Below are positions 41,177 to 54,288 of a stretch of 64,000 bases of DNA, one piece after another. A model generated the notes under the pieces. The model worked only from the letters and a program-made list of their open reading frames with translations. It did no database searches and was not told where the DNA came from. The position numbers and the translations under genes were made by a program. Where the stretch lies: the NCBI GenBank assembly GCA_964016885.1, contig OZ024741.1, positions 381,548,001-381,612,000 of the forward strand, given 5' to 3'. This stretch comes from Eledone cirrhosa (taxonomy: Eukaryota). The number at the start of each line of letters is the position of its first letter. The stretch's first letter is position 1.

Positions 41177-41362
41177 ATAATTGTTTCTACTTTTGGCACA
41201 GGGCCAGCAATTATCCAGTACATTACTGGTACTTTATGTTATCGACCCCGTAAGGATGAAAGGCAAAGTCAACATCGGCGGGATTTGAACTCAGATCGTA
41301 AAGAGACGTAACTATGCTGGAAAGCATGGCGTTCGACCCTCTACCGATACTGCCAATCCACC
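41177..41362 (-). mobile_element. tRNA-derived SINE (family A)
   Basis: Full-length copy with flanking repeat ataaatataat. Confidence 0.87.
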
Positions 41363-42993
41363 ATAAATATAATACAGTATAGTATGATATTTAAATATTA
41401 TTCTTTATTTTGTATATTTAACACATTTTCTTACTCATTACTTAATCAGAAATTATTTATTCTTATCCTAATATAAATTCATACAATATATATATTCATA
41501 CTCTATATTCTAATAATAACATTGATATTGTTCCTTGAATTACATCCATTACCTAGATATATAACCAAACCGAAAATCTGAAATATACATTTTTATATTA
41601 TATTTTTATATTATAAAATTTCCATAATTCTTTATTATATTTCATTAAGTATTATTGATTATTTGGTAATTATTATAGACTATATATACTCACTTTAACA
41701 ATATAACCATTTATGAAAATACATTATATTTGTTTATTTATTTACCCGTCTTGCATATACGTTTTCTTATATAATTATCATTCTGTAGCAACGATCTTTG
41801 AATCCTAATTGCATAGCAGGATCTTGTGCTCAGCATTTATATTGCATGGATTAAGTTATATATTATTCAATTCAAATTTGAAAGGTTTCTCTTGTTTCAA
41901 AATTATTTTACTTTAACAGTATTCACGTATCTCACAACATGTGATATACTAGAGCTATACAGTTGGCGACTAACCTCACTACACCTAATTAATTAATTGT
42001 TGTTAACGTCTCGTTCTTCAAAATTTTAAAGTGCGTTTATAGAATTAATAAACTCTGATGATTCCTATGGTTTGCACCGACTCAGAGCAGACTGTTAAAC
42101 AAAATAATTTATGGTTAAATGTGCATTCTGATAGGGAGGAACATTTATTATTAATTAAATGTCGTATACATTTAAACTTGGTTAGTCAATTCACCACAAT
42201 GATACATTGACTCCGCTGGATTAGATTATCATAGCGTTGAACTAAAATACACCTGGTAAATGAGTGAAACCCATTTCATACTCTCATAAATATTATTAAT
42301 ATTATATATATAAAAATATATATGTGTGTGGTGGATGCGTATGTATGTGTGTGTTTGTGTGTTTGTGTATGTCTGTGTCTGTGTGTGTGTGTGTATCTGC
42401 TGATATGTTAATATGGGTGATCAGTCGGTTTGCTAATATGCAGATCTAACTGATCAGGAAGTCTGCTAATGTACAAATCAGGTCGAGCAGTCACAGTATA
42501 ATTTAGAAAATATATATTTTCACTATCTCTGACAGTTGAATGGTAAGCCGTATACTATATTGATGAGGGGTCATCACCCAGAAATATTAGTGTCTGCAGG
42601 TCTGTTTACATGTCAACAGAAGAACAATAATGACGAGGTCATTCTACTGACATGGCTTTAAAGATGGAGTTTTCATAATTGAAAACTAATCGAATAACAT
42701 TACGATGATATATTTCTTTGTTTCTCTTAAACTCTTTTATTCTCGCCATCTCTCATTCCTTCTTTGATGGTTCATCCGAACTTATCAAATTATATTTTAA
42801 CCTGACTTTTGCTATGCTTAATAGCTCCTGGCTGTTTTCACAGCTTCTCCCACGATTGAGATTCCTACGCTTCAATCCTTTTCGATTATGTTTACATACA
42901 GAATATTATACAATTTGCTTTACATTAAATCATAAGTTATAATAATTTCATAATCTATTATTAGTCATTCCCATATTTATAAGATATCAAATT

Positions 42994-43063
<70 letters not shown>

Positions 43064-43087
43064 CTGTGTGTGTGTATATGCGTGTGT

Positions 43088-43155
<68 letters not shown>

Positions 43156-43204
43156 CATATATATATATATGTATATATACACATATATATATATATGTAT
43201 ATAT

Positions 43205-43270
<66 letters not shown>

Positions 43271-44124
43271 GTGTGTGTGTGTATATATACAAGGTATTAA
43301 TATGTGCTTACGCCGTATTTGACTAAGTAAAATAAATAAAATGTTTCTCTTAGTTGGGTTATTATAAAAACCTGTGAATCGAAAAACGATAAGTATTGGC
43401 GTACATGGGACACGAAACCACATTTGTGTTTTGTCGGACTAGATTTGATTCATACAAATACTGCATAAACATGTTACAGGCTATTTTCAAATTCTCTAGC
43501 TGTTTGTGTCTCCCTGCTTGTGTCTCCCTACATATATACAAATATATATATAAATCCTGAGGATGTACAGCGAGGTCGGCAGTTTCGTGTAGTTACGTCA
43601 TTCGTGACCAACCGAAACTCTGCTTTTATTAATATAACCGCTCGGCATCATGCCATTTATCGAGTATTTCTTTGATTTGTCGTCAACCCCCTCTACTACT
43701 ACCACTACTATCACTACAGTCGAGGTCAACACCAAGAACATATAACAAGCTGGTTCTCCTACCTCTGTTACGTTCACTAACCACTGCTGCAGTTATAGTC
43801 AACACCACCAAGAACGAAAGAAAGAGAGGAAGCGATAAACAAAAATGTGAACTCTTCTATATATATGTATGTAAACCATGTTCTTTTATCTCATATGCTT
43901 ATTAATATACACCTTAACTCAAATTTTAGTATACACTTCCGTAGCAACCCTTGGCTGAAACCGGTACGATAAATTGCTTTTTTGGTAAATGTTATTCTAT
44001 GAGAAAAATCCCATTAGAATGTGCTTCTGCTTTTCCCTTTTTACTATTATATATATATATATATATATTTCGTTTCTGAATTTGTTTAGCAAGATACTTT
44101 ATCTGAAAATGTGTGTTGAAACCG

Positions 44125-44554
44125 ATATTGTTATGCTTTGGGAGAGTCATGTTGCCAATAAGAAACACACGCACCAGTTGCTTTCACTCAAATTTATTAT
44201 AAATTAAATTTATAAATTTAAGAATTTATAAATTTCCGGTTGGTTGGTTGGTTCCACAACCCGGACGGTTGTTCATATATTGTCAAAGTTCTTTCGTCTT
44301 CCAAGATGGCGTAGGACAGAACAAAGGAGAGGCCCAAAAAACAAAGAAAATAATCCCCAGTCACTGAAGAGGTCACAGAATGTGTGACGAAATAACGTTG
44401 ACAGTATATGAACAACCGTCCGGTTGTGGAACCAACTAACCAACCGGAAATTTATACATTCTTAAATTTATAAATGTACTTTATAATAAATTGGAGTGTA
44501 AGCAACTGGTGCGTGTGTTTCTTATTGGCAACATGACCTTCCCAAAGCATAACA

Positions 44555-44558
<4 letters not shown>
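44125..44558. repeat. Non-coding fold-back element, arms ~170 bp, with an HHR-like motif at 44360-44402
   Basis: 44125-44298 is a diverged reverse complement of 44387-44558. Motif: gtca-CTGAAGA-ggtcac..gtgac-GAAA-..-tgac. (TA)n lies on both sides. Confidence 0.8.
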
Positions 44559-44586
<28 letters not shown>

Positions 44587-44940
44587 ATTAATTCGTGTGT
44601 CACACCTAAACATTCTAAATACACATACATATGTGTTTGTGTGTGTGTGTTTTCTGTCTGTTTGTCTGTGCGTGTGTGTCTATATGTATATGAAGCTAGA
44701 TTACATGAGTGTACGTGTTGGTGCGGAAGGTAAAACAGCATTGAGACAAGGACGGATACATGAAACATAATAACACTTCATTGACATGGCAAACATCTAA
44801 GTACGATTTTTTTCGAACTGTAACGACATCAATGGTTGATGTTTAACATGTTCATGGAAATTACATGTTAAGTGTGTGTGTGTGTGTGTATATATGTAGG
44901 TGGGTGCGTGTGTGTATGTGTGTATGTTTGTGTGCGTGTG

Positions 44941-45054
<114 letters not shown>

Positions 45055-45279
45055 TATTTGAGTATGCGCAATCAGAATTTAGTCAGATGATTTTTGTAAA
45101 TGACGTGGCAGTCAGTGTCCACTTTGCCGCCTGTTTATATTCTGCTGTGGTGAAAGGTTTTGATGCCTGAGTGTTTTTGAAAGAGGAAACTGTCACTGCT
45201 TGGAGAAACGTCTGTTTTAAACCTCTGGCTGAAAATGTTATTTCAGCTCCTAGATTACAGATAACCATGTAATGGTATG

Positions 45280-45445
45280 GGAAGAGAATGTTTCCACCGC
45301 AATACTATGAATAGTTTTAATGTGGTAATAAACACGATGTCCGAACTGCTTTATTGACATCTTTTTTGTGGAGACACAAGGTGGAACAGGAAAAACGCAT
45401 CCTTGAAGTCGAAAGTGTTCTCTATTGCTTCATTTGCAGCGGTTG
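45280..45445 (+). pseudogene. Helitron Pif1-helicase remnant
   Basis: 45362-45403 translates to FFVETQGGTGKTHP (cf. the Helitron FFLDAPGGTGKT Walker A motif), followed by KVFSIASFAA (cf. AVASSGIAA). Confidence 0.5.
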
Positions 45446-45654
45446 AGGTGGAGGTACCTTGTTTTAAATTGTTTGTAGAGCAATCAATACATCGGAGGTT
45501 GAAATCATCCATAACTAGAATATCAACAGAACAGCAGTGCTGGAGAAAGCAACGCAGAGTAGAGGCATTGTTGATGGCCTATAGCGCCCAGCTACTGTTA
45601 ACTCTTTCAAGATGTAGTGTACAGAAACTGATTCACCGTCGTCATTTTAGAATG

Positions 45655-45944
45655 TACTAGCAGAATGGCCCGGCATTGTTCGGGATCTGCTCTAGGGTAT
45701 TTATATATTTGATATATATTTATCCTTATCGAGCCTCGTGAAATAAATACGTTTGTTTATATTTTGTTATTGTGTATGCAAAAATATCTGTACACGAATA
45801 TATATAACAGATTATATATATATAAATAACAGATTAAAGTTTAAGCAAATAATTGCTGCTTTCACCCTTAACGGGATCTTCTGAAACTATAAAAATCAAT
45901 CTATTAAGGCAGAAGTAAATATTTCGAAAAACGTTGCACACCAG

Positions 45945-45981
<37 letters not shown>

Positions 45982-46363
45982 GCTACGTCATAATGTCGTA
46001 ATGCAGACAGTCATACATACAGGCAGATATTATAAGGTTTACTTTGCCGTTCATCCTTCCGGGGTCGATAAAATAAAGTACCAGTAATGCACTCGGTAAT
46101 TGCTGGCCTTGTGCCAAAAGTAGAAACAATTATAAGGGCGGAACGTTATATCTATGTATCTATCTAAAAAGAGAAAGACAAAGAGTTATAGTGAGATATC
46201 GCTAATGCGGTCCGTAGGGCATTGAACATTTTCTCAATGCACTCACATGACCATTAGTATTACATGTGTAAAGTTTGAAATCAATCAGTTGGGTGGTTCT
46301 CGAGTTTTAGTGAGCGGACAGACAGACAGACAGACATACATTCTCTGTTTTAGATATATAGAT
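45655..46363 (+). mobile_element. Non-autonomous Helentron/HINE-like element with nested PLE-end fragments and a SINE
   Basis: 5' tactagcagaatggcccggcattgttcggg hairpin; 3' aagtttgaaatcaatcag..(gaca)n..ttttagatatatagat. Confidence 0.65.
46035..46132 (+). mobile_element. 5'-truncated SINE (family A)
   Basis: Central and 3' domains are present, with flanking repeat attataagg. Confidence 0.8.
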
Positions 46364-48915
46364 TATTTGTGTCTGACGTAAAAGAATCATGCCGGAAAAT
46401 GGCAATTCCACCCGTTCTCCAGTCGACAAAATCCGCGCGGACGGTTGTATAATTCATCACCTTCACTTACGCTTCAAACTAGGAGTTGTCGAGATGGATC
46501 TAAGTAAGTATAAAGAAAGGGATGTAGTGTGGATAGTCAGCAAGCCAATCTTCAACGAATTGTATCTTCAATATTTGTACATCCATGGAAGGGCTGATAT
46601 ATCTACAAAATATATTGTACACTTGGTCCAGTCCACAAGCAAAGACATAATGCTAAACGTTCCGCTATAGCTGTGTAAATTATTCATTGTACTGATTCCT
46701 TATAAAACATGTGAAACTAGTCCGTGTTTATATTGAAATCTATTAATTCTCTTTCCAAATACATGATCTTCAATGTTATGATTAACACATATTTCACGTC
46801 AATAATTCGATGCTGATATTTTGCTGGTGCTCTTCAACATCGTTCGAATTATCATAAAATAGTCAGCTTGCATGTAACATACTGCATTTTACCTAAACAA
46901 AATTAGCCCTCAAGTATGGGTAATGAACCATTCTGTTTAGCAGGAGAGGTGAATGAAATAGAACACCGCTGGAAATTTATCAAGCTTAGTTAAGCGGGTT
47001 GCCAATAAATTATAGATAAGTCGAATTAATTCACTGAACTGCATATTGTTGCGTATGTATATGAATGTAACATCCTAGTGAACAGATTTATGCCCTGTAC
47101 TAATAACTATTAATTCGTGGCAATACTACATTTGAAATATAATTAACCAACTACAGTTCTTTCTTAATGAGGCATATGGATCTAGAAAAACATGAGATAT
47201 AGCTATTCCAATATATTGTAGCATTGCCAAATTTTATAAACATAAATCTCGAGTTTGCTATGAGAAATGGCATTTCATGACAGATAATATCCGTGTGAAA
47301 GTTCAGTTTCTAGTTGACCGCTTTTATACGCGAGAAATGAATGTATTGAGTAGAAAAGTGAAACGGCTAGAGAGATAATGATTTCTTAATAACATATCCC
47401 TGTTTAGTGAAATATAATCTGGTAATTAAACACAAAATTATTCCATTGCCTGTTGCAAGATAAACATTTTTGGCTGAAACAAAATAATTTTCAAGCATAT
47501 CTATATACGTTACTTCAAGAACCAAATGATAGATAAGTTACTCAAATATACCTAATCGTTCCTTTCATAACCGATGTAAATTATGCCTGGCTTCAATTGA
47601 ATTATTCGTAACTGTTAAATACGTATCAACACAATATTAGAATTTTTCCATAACGTTGCTATATATTCTCCAGATGAATCCTCTTATAACACCTTTTACA
47701 AATCTAATTTTATTTTGCTCCGCTAAATCATATTAATGATATGAATGTGAAAATGTCGTCTCATATCATAATTGAACATATGTTGTGAAAACGACGAAAG
47801 CTGGGTTTATACTTTCGAAAGGAATCAATTTTCAGAAGCAAAATCATTTTGAAAACTGAAAAAGGATATTTTAGTTACTAAATGTCTTTGATCATGTTGC
47901 AAAAGCAATTAACTCCAGCAAATATCTATTGAAAGAAACCATAGAGTCATAAATATTTACCTTATTTGGTGATACACAAAACTTCTCCACCACACATAAT
48001 GGTATAAAACAATATCACCCGGGTTTTTTATGTGATGGCATGGTATCTCGTAGGGTAATTGTTGTTTTAAAATATTCCCTGTTGAAATGGGTAGGAGTTA
48101 TGTTAAATCCGGAAGTAGTATATATCATCTAATAGAGTACTGTCAGGGTTAGCATAATCGTGTCAAATATTTGTGACATGAGGAAACGTGTATGGCTAGT
48201 TTTCCCATAGGCAATGTAATTCTTGATATCGCTTACGTATACAAAACTCTTAAATGTCCCATTGAATATACTGCAATGAATAAAAGATAGCAATTTTCTA
48301 TGACCAATTAAACTGTGAATATCTAACATGAAAGAATCGCATCACTAAATAATATTTTCTTCTTTCAGTTTTCATTTCCTATAAAGAACATAGAATTTTA
48401 TGAACATGCACTTTAAAATTGTTCATGGTGGTTAACATAACCATATATTTATTATGCAGTTATGTTCCAACTTAAAATTTTAATTGGTCATAAAACAAAT
48501 TGCGGGATTGTGGAAAGTAATCTAACTACTAATTCTGATTTTACTGACACATTCCCATATATTTATATGGACATTCATATCTGCCCACACGTGTAAAGTT
48601 GCGTGCTGGGTTATTGTACTCTTCGCTCTCTTTGTATAGTATGGAGTCATAATGTTATAAGTTACTTGGATGTTACGTAAACACCAATATACATATTATG
48701 AACAGCTCAATCTCATTAAATGTTAGGGCCCTCGCATTTATAATGTTATCTCGTTACAACGCATTTATTCTATATGTGGAATCACACAGTTGCTATCTAT
48801 ATATATTATATTATAATATGAAGGCGTATATTTAGAGAAAGCTTTAGTTGAATACTTACTGGTCTCACAAATTTATCTCTCTACCTCTATGTCTCTTTCT
48901 TGCTTCCTTTCTCTC

Positions 48916-48995
<80 letters not shown>

Positions 48996-49458
48996 ATAAG
49001 AATATTTATATGTATATATGTTTGATACAACTATAAATACGGAGGGTAGTACTAAGTACATAACAAATACATACATTATCACCACGTGTCTCTCTAACAA
49101 ATTGCACACTATATTAAACATTTATAACAATTGTAACATGCTTTAACACCCCACGTAAAATGTTTATTTCAACTGCATTATAACTCTTTCCTCATACATG
49201 CCTTATTGACTGTATTGACTCCTGCGTTGTACACCAAATTTCTTTGCTTATAACTTCTTTGCCTGTAATTTTTTTGCTTGTGCTTTTCACTTATACCTCT
49301 TACACTTTCAACCAGTGCTGCCTGTCATTGTGTTCTTTCAAGCTGAACATCTTTTTAACTCCCGACTCTCTACATGTTGCCTATGACACTAACAACAATT
49401 ATGTACCCTAAGTGTTCTAAATGACTAGGATTTTAGTAACATGTTTCGACATTCTTTA

Positions 49459-49505
49459 TGCTCCGATGATTCCAGACTTCCCTCTGGAAGAAACAATTGT
49501 CAGCA
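49459..49505 (+). ncRNA. Minimal hammerhead motif (CCGATGA core, GUC site)
   Basis: tgct-CCGATGA-ttccaga cttccc tctggaa-GAAA-caattg-TC-agca: perfect stems and palindromic stem III. (TA)n follows 45 bp downstream. Confidence 0.75.
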
Positions 49506-49545
49506 AATAAATGTTCTAAACTAAAATTTGATCGTTTTAACACTT

Positions 49546-49619
<74 letters not shown>

Positions 49620-49624
<5 letters not shown>

Positions 49625-49996
49625 CTGGGTGCTACACGAGAATGCTGAGGATGGCTCTGAACATTAATCAGTATACACTGAGGATGAAAAACTCAGAGCT
49701 GTATGGGAGCATCCCAAAAGTCAGCTCAAAAGTGACACAGAGAAGACTGAGGTTGGCTGGACATGCTCACCGACATCCAGAGTTGACATTGCACTCAGTG
49801 CTCCTTTGGGAGCCCCTACATGGACACACTAGAAGAGGAAGACCAAGGTTAACATATGTTGATGCCCTAAGGACAGACACTGGTCTGTTGGAGATGCAGG
49901 ATATGGCAGCGATAATGAGGGACAGAGACCGCTGGAGAGAACTCGTCCATGGATCTCTTGAATTTTACCCGCCTTAGATAGATAGATAGATAGATA
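49620..49996 (+). mobile_element. 3' fragment of RTE/RTEX-type LINE with (GATA)n tail
   Basis: GCYTRMLRMALNI..NSELYG..RRLRLAGH..RRGRPRLTYVD..DRDRWR, with the stop followed by (gata)4. Confidence 0.85.
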
Positions 49997-50510
49997 TTAC
50001 TTCTTTCCCCCTTGCCACTGCCAGCTTTACCTCGTCCGTTGTAACACGCGGACGCGTATATTCAACCTCTAATGACCTATGGCTGTGTTATGGTGAAAAT
50101 TACAGCCTCTTGCAGCTTATGCAGACCAACAAAACACGCACAGACACGTCGATATATACCTTCGCACCTCTCTATGCACTAACACACACTCACACCCATA
50201 ACATTATACACACGCACACTTTGGTCACAGCTTTTAACTTACAAGCACACACAGATACTCTTATACTTACATATACACACACTTATGCTTTTAGCTTCAT
50301 ACATACGTATAAAACACAACCAAACAGTCACACTCACTCACACCTACGGCTCTATAAACAGAATGGCATTTTGCCCTTTCAAAAAAGGCGCCTCGATCAA
50401 GACCATTTAAAATAAGTATTTCATATATAAAACGCAAGCATCAACGCCAGCAACATTGATTGCCATTTGCATACATACACTCACATGCCCCCACCCCCCA
50501 TATATATATA

Positions 50511-50672
50511 TTTCAGAAGATCCCGTTAAGGGTGAAAGCAACGATTCTTTGCTTAAACTTTAATCTGTTATTTTAATAAATATTTGCTCTACGGTTCTTA
50601 TATATTTGATATATGTTTATTCTTATCGAGCCCTCTTTGGATTTTAGTCTTCAAATTTATTATTATTACTAT
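50511..50672 (+). mobile_element. Solo 3' end of the 36.8-40.2 kb PLE family
   Basis: Matches 39998-40158 and sits between (TA)n runs. Further pieces at 45700-45735(+), 45803-45918(-), 56715-56830(-) and 58460-58553(+). Confidence 0.85.
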
Positions 50673-51009
50673 ATATATATACGAGCCCTGTAGATTTTGC
50701 GTTCCCTTGTATGTCACCTAACCTGTCCAATGTAAATGAAATATGGGGGTTTAATAAAAGTTCCACCAGTAAAGACGTGATGTAGTCCATACAACATGAT
50801 ATATAATGTTGGTTGACTGGTTACACAATTACAAGATTGAACTTCCATTGCCATAATGTTAATTACTTACTATGCATCTGCATTTCACGACATGCATTAT
50901 CCCGCACTAGCTAAGCATTACATATTTAAATAGTTACTCAGGACTCATAACTGTCATTACGAGACCCACTTCATGAATCATTTACAGTAAACCTGAGGAT
51001 ATATATATA

Positions 51010-51046
<37 letters not shown>

Positions 51047-51114
51047 AAAAAGGGATGAAATCGAAAATGCAACTGAAGTCTTATTTTTTTTTAAATATAT
51101 ATATTTATTTGGTT

Positions 51115-51152
51115 CCTTTACCGGTTTCGCAGTTCTTCTGCTTTTCAAAAGG
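51115..51152 (-). ncRNA. Minimal hammerhead motif, UUGAAAA core (left arm)
   Basis: Reverse complement of 51714-51751. Confidence 0.75.
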
Positions 51153-51713
51153 TGAGTTGAGATGGAGGGTCTGTGGTTTTTCTCACATCTGGTTGGTCTC
51201 TAAATGTTACTTGTTTTATATGGAAAAACTGGCTCGAAAACCAGGTTTTTCGAGAAGTAATTTGATTGGTTTGTCAATAATTATAATAAATTTCGCGCCA
51301 GTTCGCGTTACAATAGTTCTTCAAATAAGAGAGGGGGGGGGGGTGTCACAGGTTGTTTTTTCATATATGAGTGTTTGAATTTCTTTTTACTTGAAAAAAT
51401 GATTACTTGAAAAAATGACAGCCAAATTTCATTTATAACCAACCAAAAAAAAAGCCTTCGTGAGCCTCATTTTTTCAAGTAAAAAGAAATTCAAACACTC
51501 ATATATGAAAAAACAACCTGTCACACCCCCCCCTCTCTTATTTGAAGAACTATTGTAACGCGAACTGGCGCGAAATTTATTATAATTATTGACAAACCAA
51601 TCAAATTACTTCTCGAAAAACCTGGTTTTCGAGCCAGTTTTTCCATATAAAACAAGTAACATTTAGAGACCAACCAGATGTGAGAAAAACCACAGACCCT
51701 CCATCTCAACTCA

Positions 51714-51751
51714 CCTTTTGAAAAGCAGAAGAACTGCGAAACCGGTAAAGG
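51714..51751 (+). ncRNA. Minimal hammerhead motif, UUGAAAA core (right arm)
   Basis: cctt-TTGAAAA-gcag aagaa ctgc-GAAA-ccgg-TA-aagg: all three stems are perfect, and U3-A8 replaces C3-G8. Confidence 0.75.
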
Positions 51752-53945
51752 AACCAAATAAATATATATATTTAAAAAAAAATAAGACTTCAGTTGCATT
51801 TTCGATTTCATCCCTTTTTCTTTATACTTCCACTCGTGTAGGACACCTCGGTTATTTTTCATTTTGTAAAAAAAACCTCACTTTCTAATATATATATATA
51901 TATATATATACTGCAATTAACACCTGCTATTTTCTCAAGGCAAATACGAATTTTAATTCCAGCTAAAGAATCACTAATGAAATAATATTATGCGAGCTTC
52001 TTAATCATAAAATGTATCTACGTCATTGTATACACCAACGTATCAATAATTACTTAGAGTAACGGGAACAAAAATGTGTCCCATTCAAATATGCTGATAA
52101 TAATTTGGAAGACCCAGACTAATCAAAACTGATTATTTCTTTTATTGAAAAGTCTTACCCTCCTAAGCGATAAATTAAAGTAAATAGGAGCCACATCAAA
52201 ATGTCATTAACCAAACCAAGAAGCAAGTACTACCAATAACATATTTTTATCGGTTGTGACTAAGATACCCTAAATTCCATTGCTATCCCTAAATATCCAA
52301 ATGAAACACGCTATTTCATTTCCTTAGGTGAATGATATAGTTCTAAAAACATTAATGGAAGCCTGATATAAAAAGTTTTAATCGCAATATATTTACTAAT
52401 TCCTGTCAAATAATTGAAAAACCGTTACCATGTGATATGTCTTTTATTGAAATGTTTGCCTCCAACGAAACGTATTTCTCACTTTAATTCCAATTAAAAT
52501 GAAGAATGCTTCATTTCGTTGCGTTTTTTTCCCCTTCCTTATATTCCTATTATAGTAATAAAGGCAATAAACACTACCTGCAATATAGGATATATTAGAA
52601 ATGATCGAAACAGAAAACTGTTCGTTTTGAATAGGATGCTCTCTTTATTTCATTATTGTGTAGGAAGTTGAATCTCAGAATATAAACATTAAAATGGAGC
52701 AAAAAGAGATAAAACTGAAAAATGTAACAGAAAATCGTAGATGATTAAACATTATTTTAATGAATGTTTGTAGCCTGAATACTCTCAAATAACCCCATTG
52801 AAATTAATTAGACATTAATATTTCGCACATAATGAAAATCTATGACAAGGAATCTGTACAATAGCAGTGTGGAAACTTGTTCAATATTTCCATTACCAAC
52901 CTACTAAAAAGCAACACCATTATAATCATTATAAGCAGCAGCCAATAGTCTGCATTTATCAATATAACGGATGGAAATCTATCAGCATGAAATATATTCT
53001 TCACATGATTGAAATAAAGGAAAGTGTACTATATTCGATATTAGAAACTGCAGTGGTTGAAATTATTACATCCGACAGATAAACCTCATTCTGTGTTTCC
53101 CACAAACTATCATCTCTAATAGTTGTCAAACCGAATACAATATCACACATAATCTTAAATCTCACAAATGCTCTCCACTGCTGAAATTAGTATATCTAAC
53201 TGAAGATTCAATAGAGCTCTGCAGCATTTGTTTCAGCGTTGTCTGTTGTCATATCAAATCTCGATATGATCATCGCCCAAAAATACTGCCTCTCAAGGAC
53301 TGGGCTGGTTGGCCCTACATCTCTCTCATTCTCGTGTCTTTTATATAGTCTCTCTACTAGAATCAGTCCCACTACAACCTCGGTAGGACGTGGGAGACTA
53401 CTCACAGTTTCTCCTAAATCTGAGACAAACACTCCTTGCTAGCGACGAAGTATTTTAGGTTTACCAAAGCACTGGAACCAGTATGGTACATACTTATGAT
53501 CAGCTCTATATGTCACTAATGCAGATAAATCCACTGTTGTATTGTTTGTAAAGATTGGAATTGTATATGTTTTATGTGGAAATAATCCACTAAAAGTGAA
53601 TACACTCTTATATATCCAGATTATGTTTCTGTGAATATTGTGCTCGTTGATGATTCATGTCCTGTATATCAGCCCGCGGTCTGTCTTATTCAAGCAGACT
53701 TAAAATAAAATGTTTCAGCAACAGCCATCTCGTGTATCTGTATATTCAGGATTACATTATCTAATACAGCTTATTTTACTTTGTAAGGGAATAACGTTTA
53801 GCAGATTGGGCAACCATGTAGAGAATGCTAATGTGCAAATGCAATCGATAGTGTAAATTCCGACAAAAGTATATAGGTAAATAGGGATCGTGTTGGTGTA
53901 AATACATTTATGTGTGTAACATTTCTATGTTCCTAAGCACATATG

Positions 53946-54288
53946 AAGGTGCATGACTTAGTGGTTACAGCCCTAAGTGCTTGCAATGGAGAGGTTGTGA
54001 GGTCGATCCTTGGACCGGATGATGCGTTGAGTCCTTGAGCAAGACACTTTATTTCACGTTGCTCCAGATTACTCAGCTGTAGAAATGAGTTGCGACGTCA
54101 CTGGTGCCAAGCTGTATCCGTCATTGCCTTTCCCTTGGACAACATCGGTCGCGTGGAGAGGAGAAACTGGTATGTATATGTAACTACTGGACTTCCACAA
54201 AACAAACCTTTCCCAGGCTTGTGTCTCGGAGGGGAACTTTCTAGGTGCAAAACCATGGTCATTCGTGACCGAGTGTGGCCATAGCTAG
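53946..54288 (+). mobile_element. tRNA-derived CORE-type SINE (family B)
   Basis: A-box tgacttagtgg, B-box ggtcgatcc, CORE-like gtccttgagcaagacactttatttcacgttgctccag..ctcagctgtagaaatgag. 11-bp target-site duplication aagcacatatg. Confidence 0.85.

Larger units (their letters stand above)
51040..51888. repeat. Near-perfect ~790-bp fold-back (arms ~360 bp) plus 60-bp extension, inserted in (TA)n
   Basis: 51040-51402 is the reverse complement of 51467-51826, differing visibly only in a G/C run. The identical spurious ORFs on both strands reflect this. Confidence 0.95.

Noticed and set aside
42550-42592. TTGATGA-ggggtcatcaccca-GAAA-tattagtg hammerhead-like string
   Set aside because: The C3U change is uncompensated and the stem I register does not fit. 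It may be a decayed copy but cannot be supported.
43550-43640. CTGAGGA..ccGAAActc hammerhead-like string
   Set aside because: Stems I and III cannot be paired convincingly.
46389-46670. 93-aa non-repetitive ORF
   Set aside because: No recognisable motif or splice context, and the length is compatible with chance.
51055-51862. Identical ~107-aa ORFs on opposite strands
   Set aside because: A by-product of the palindrome, with no recognisable protein features.
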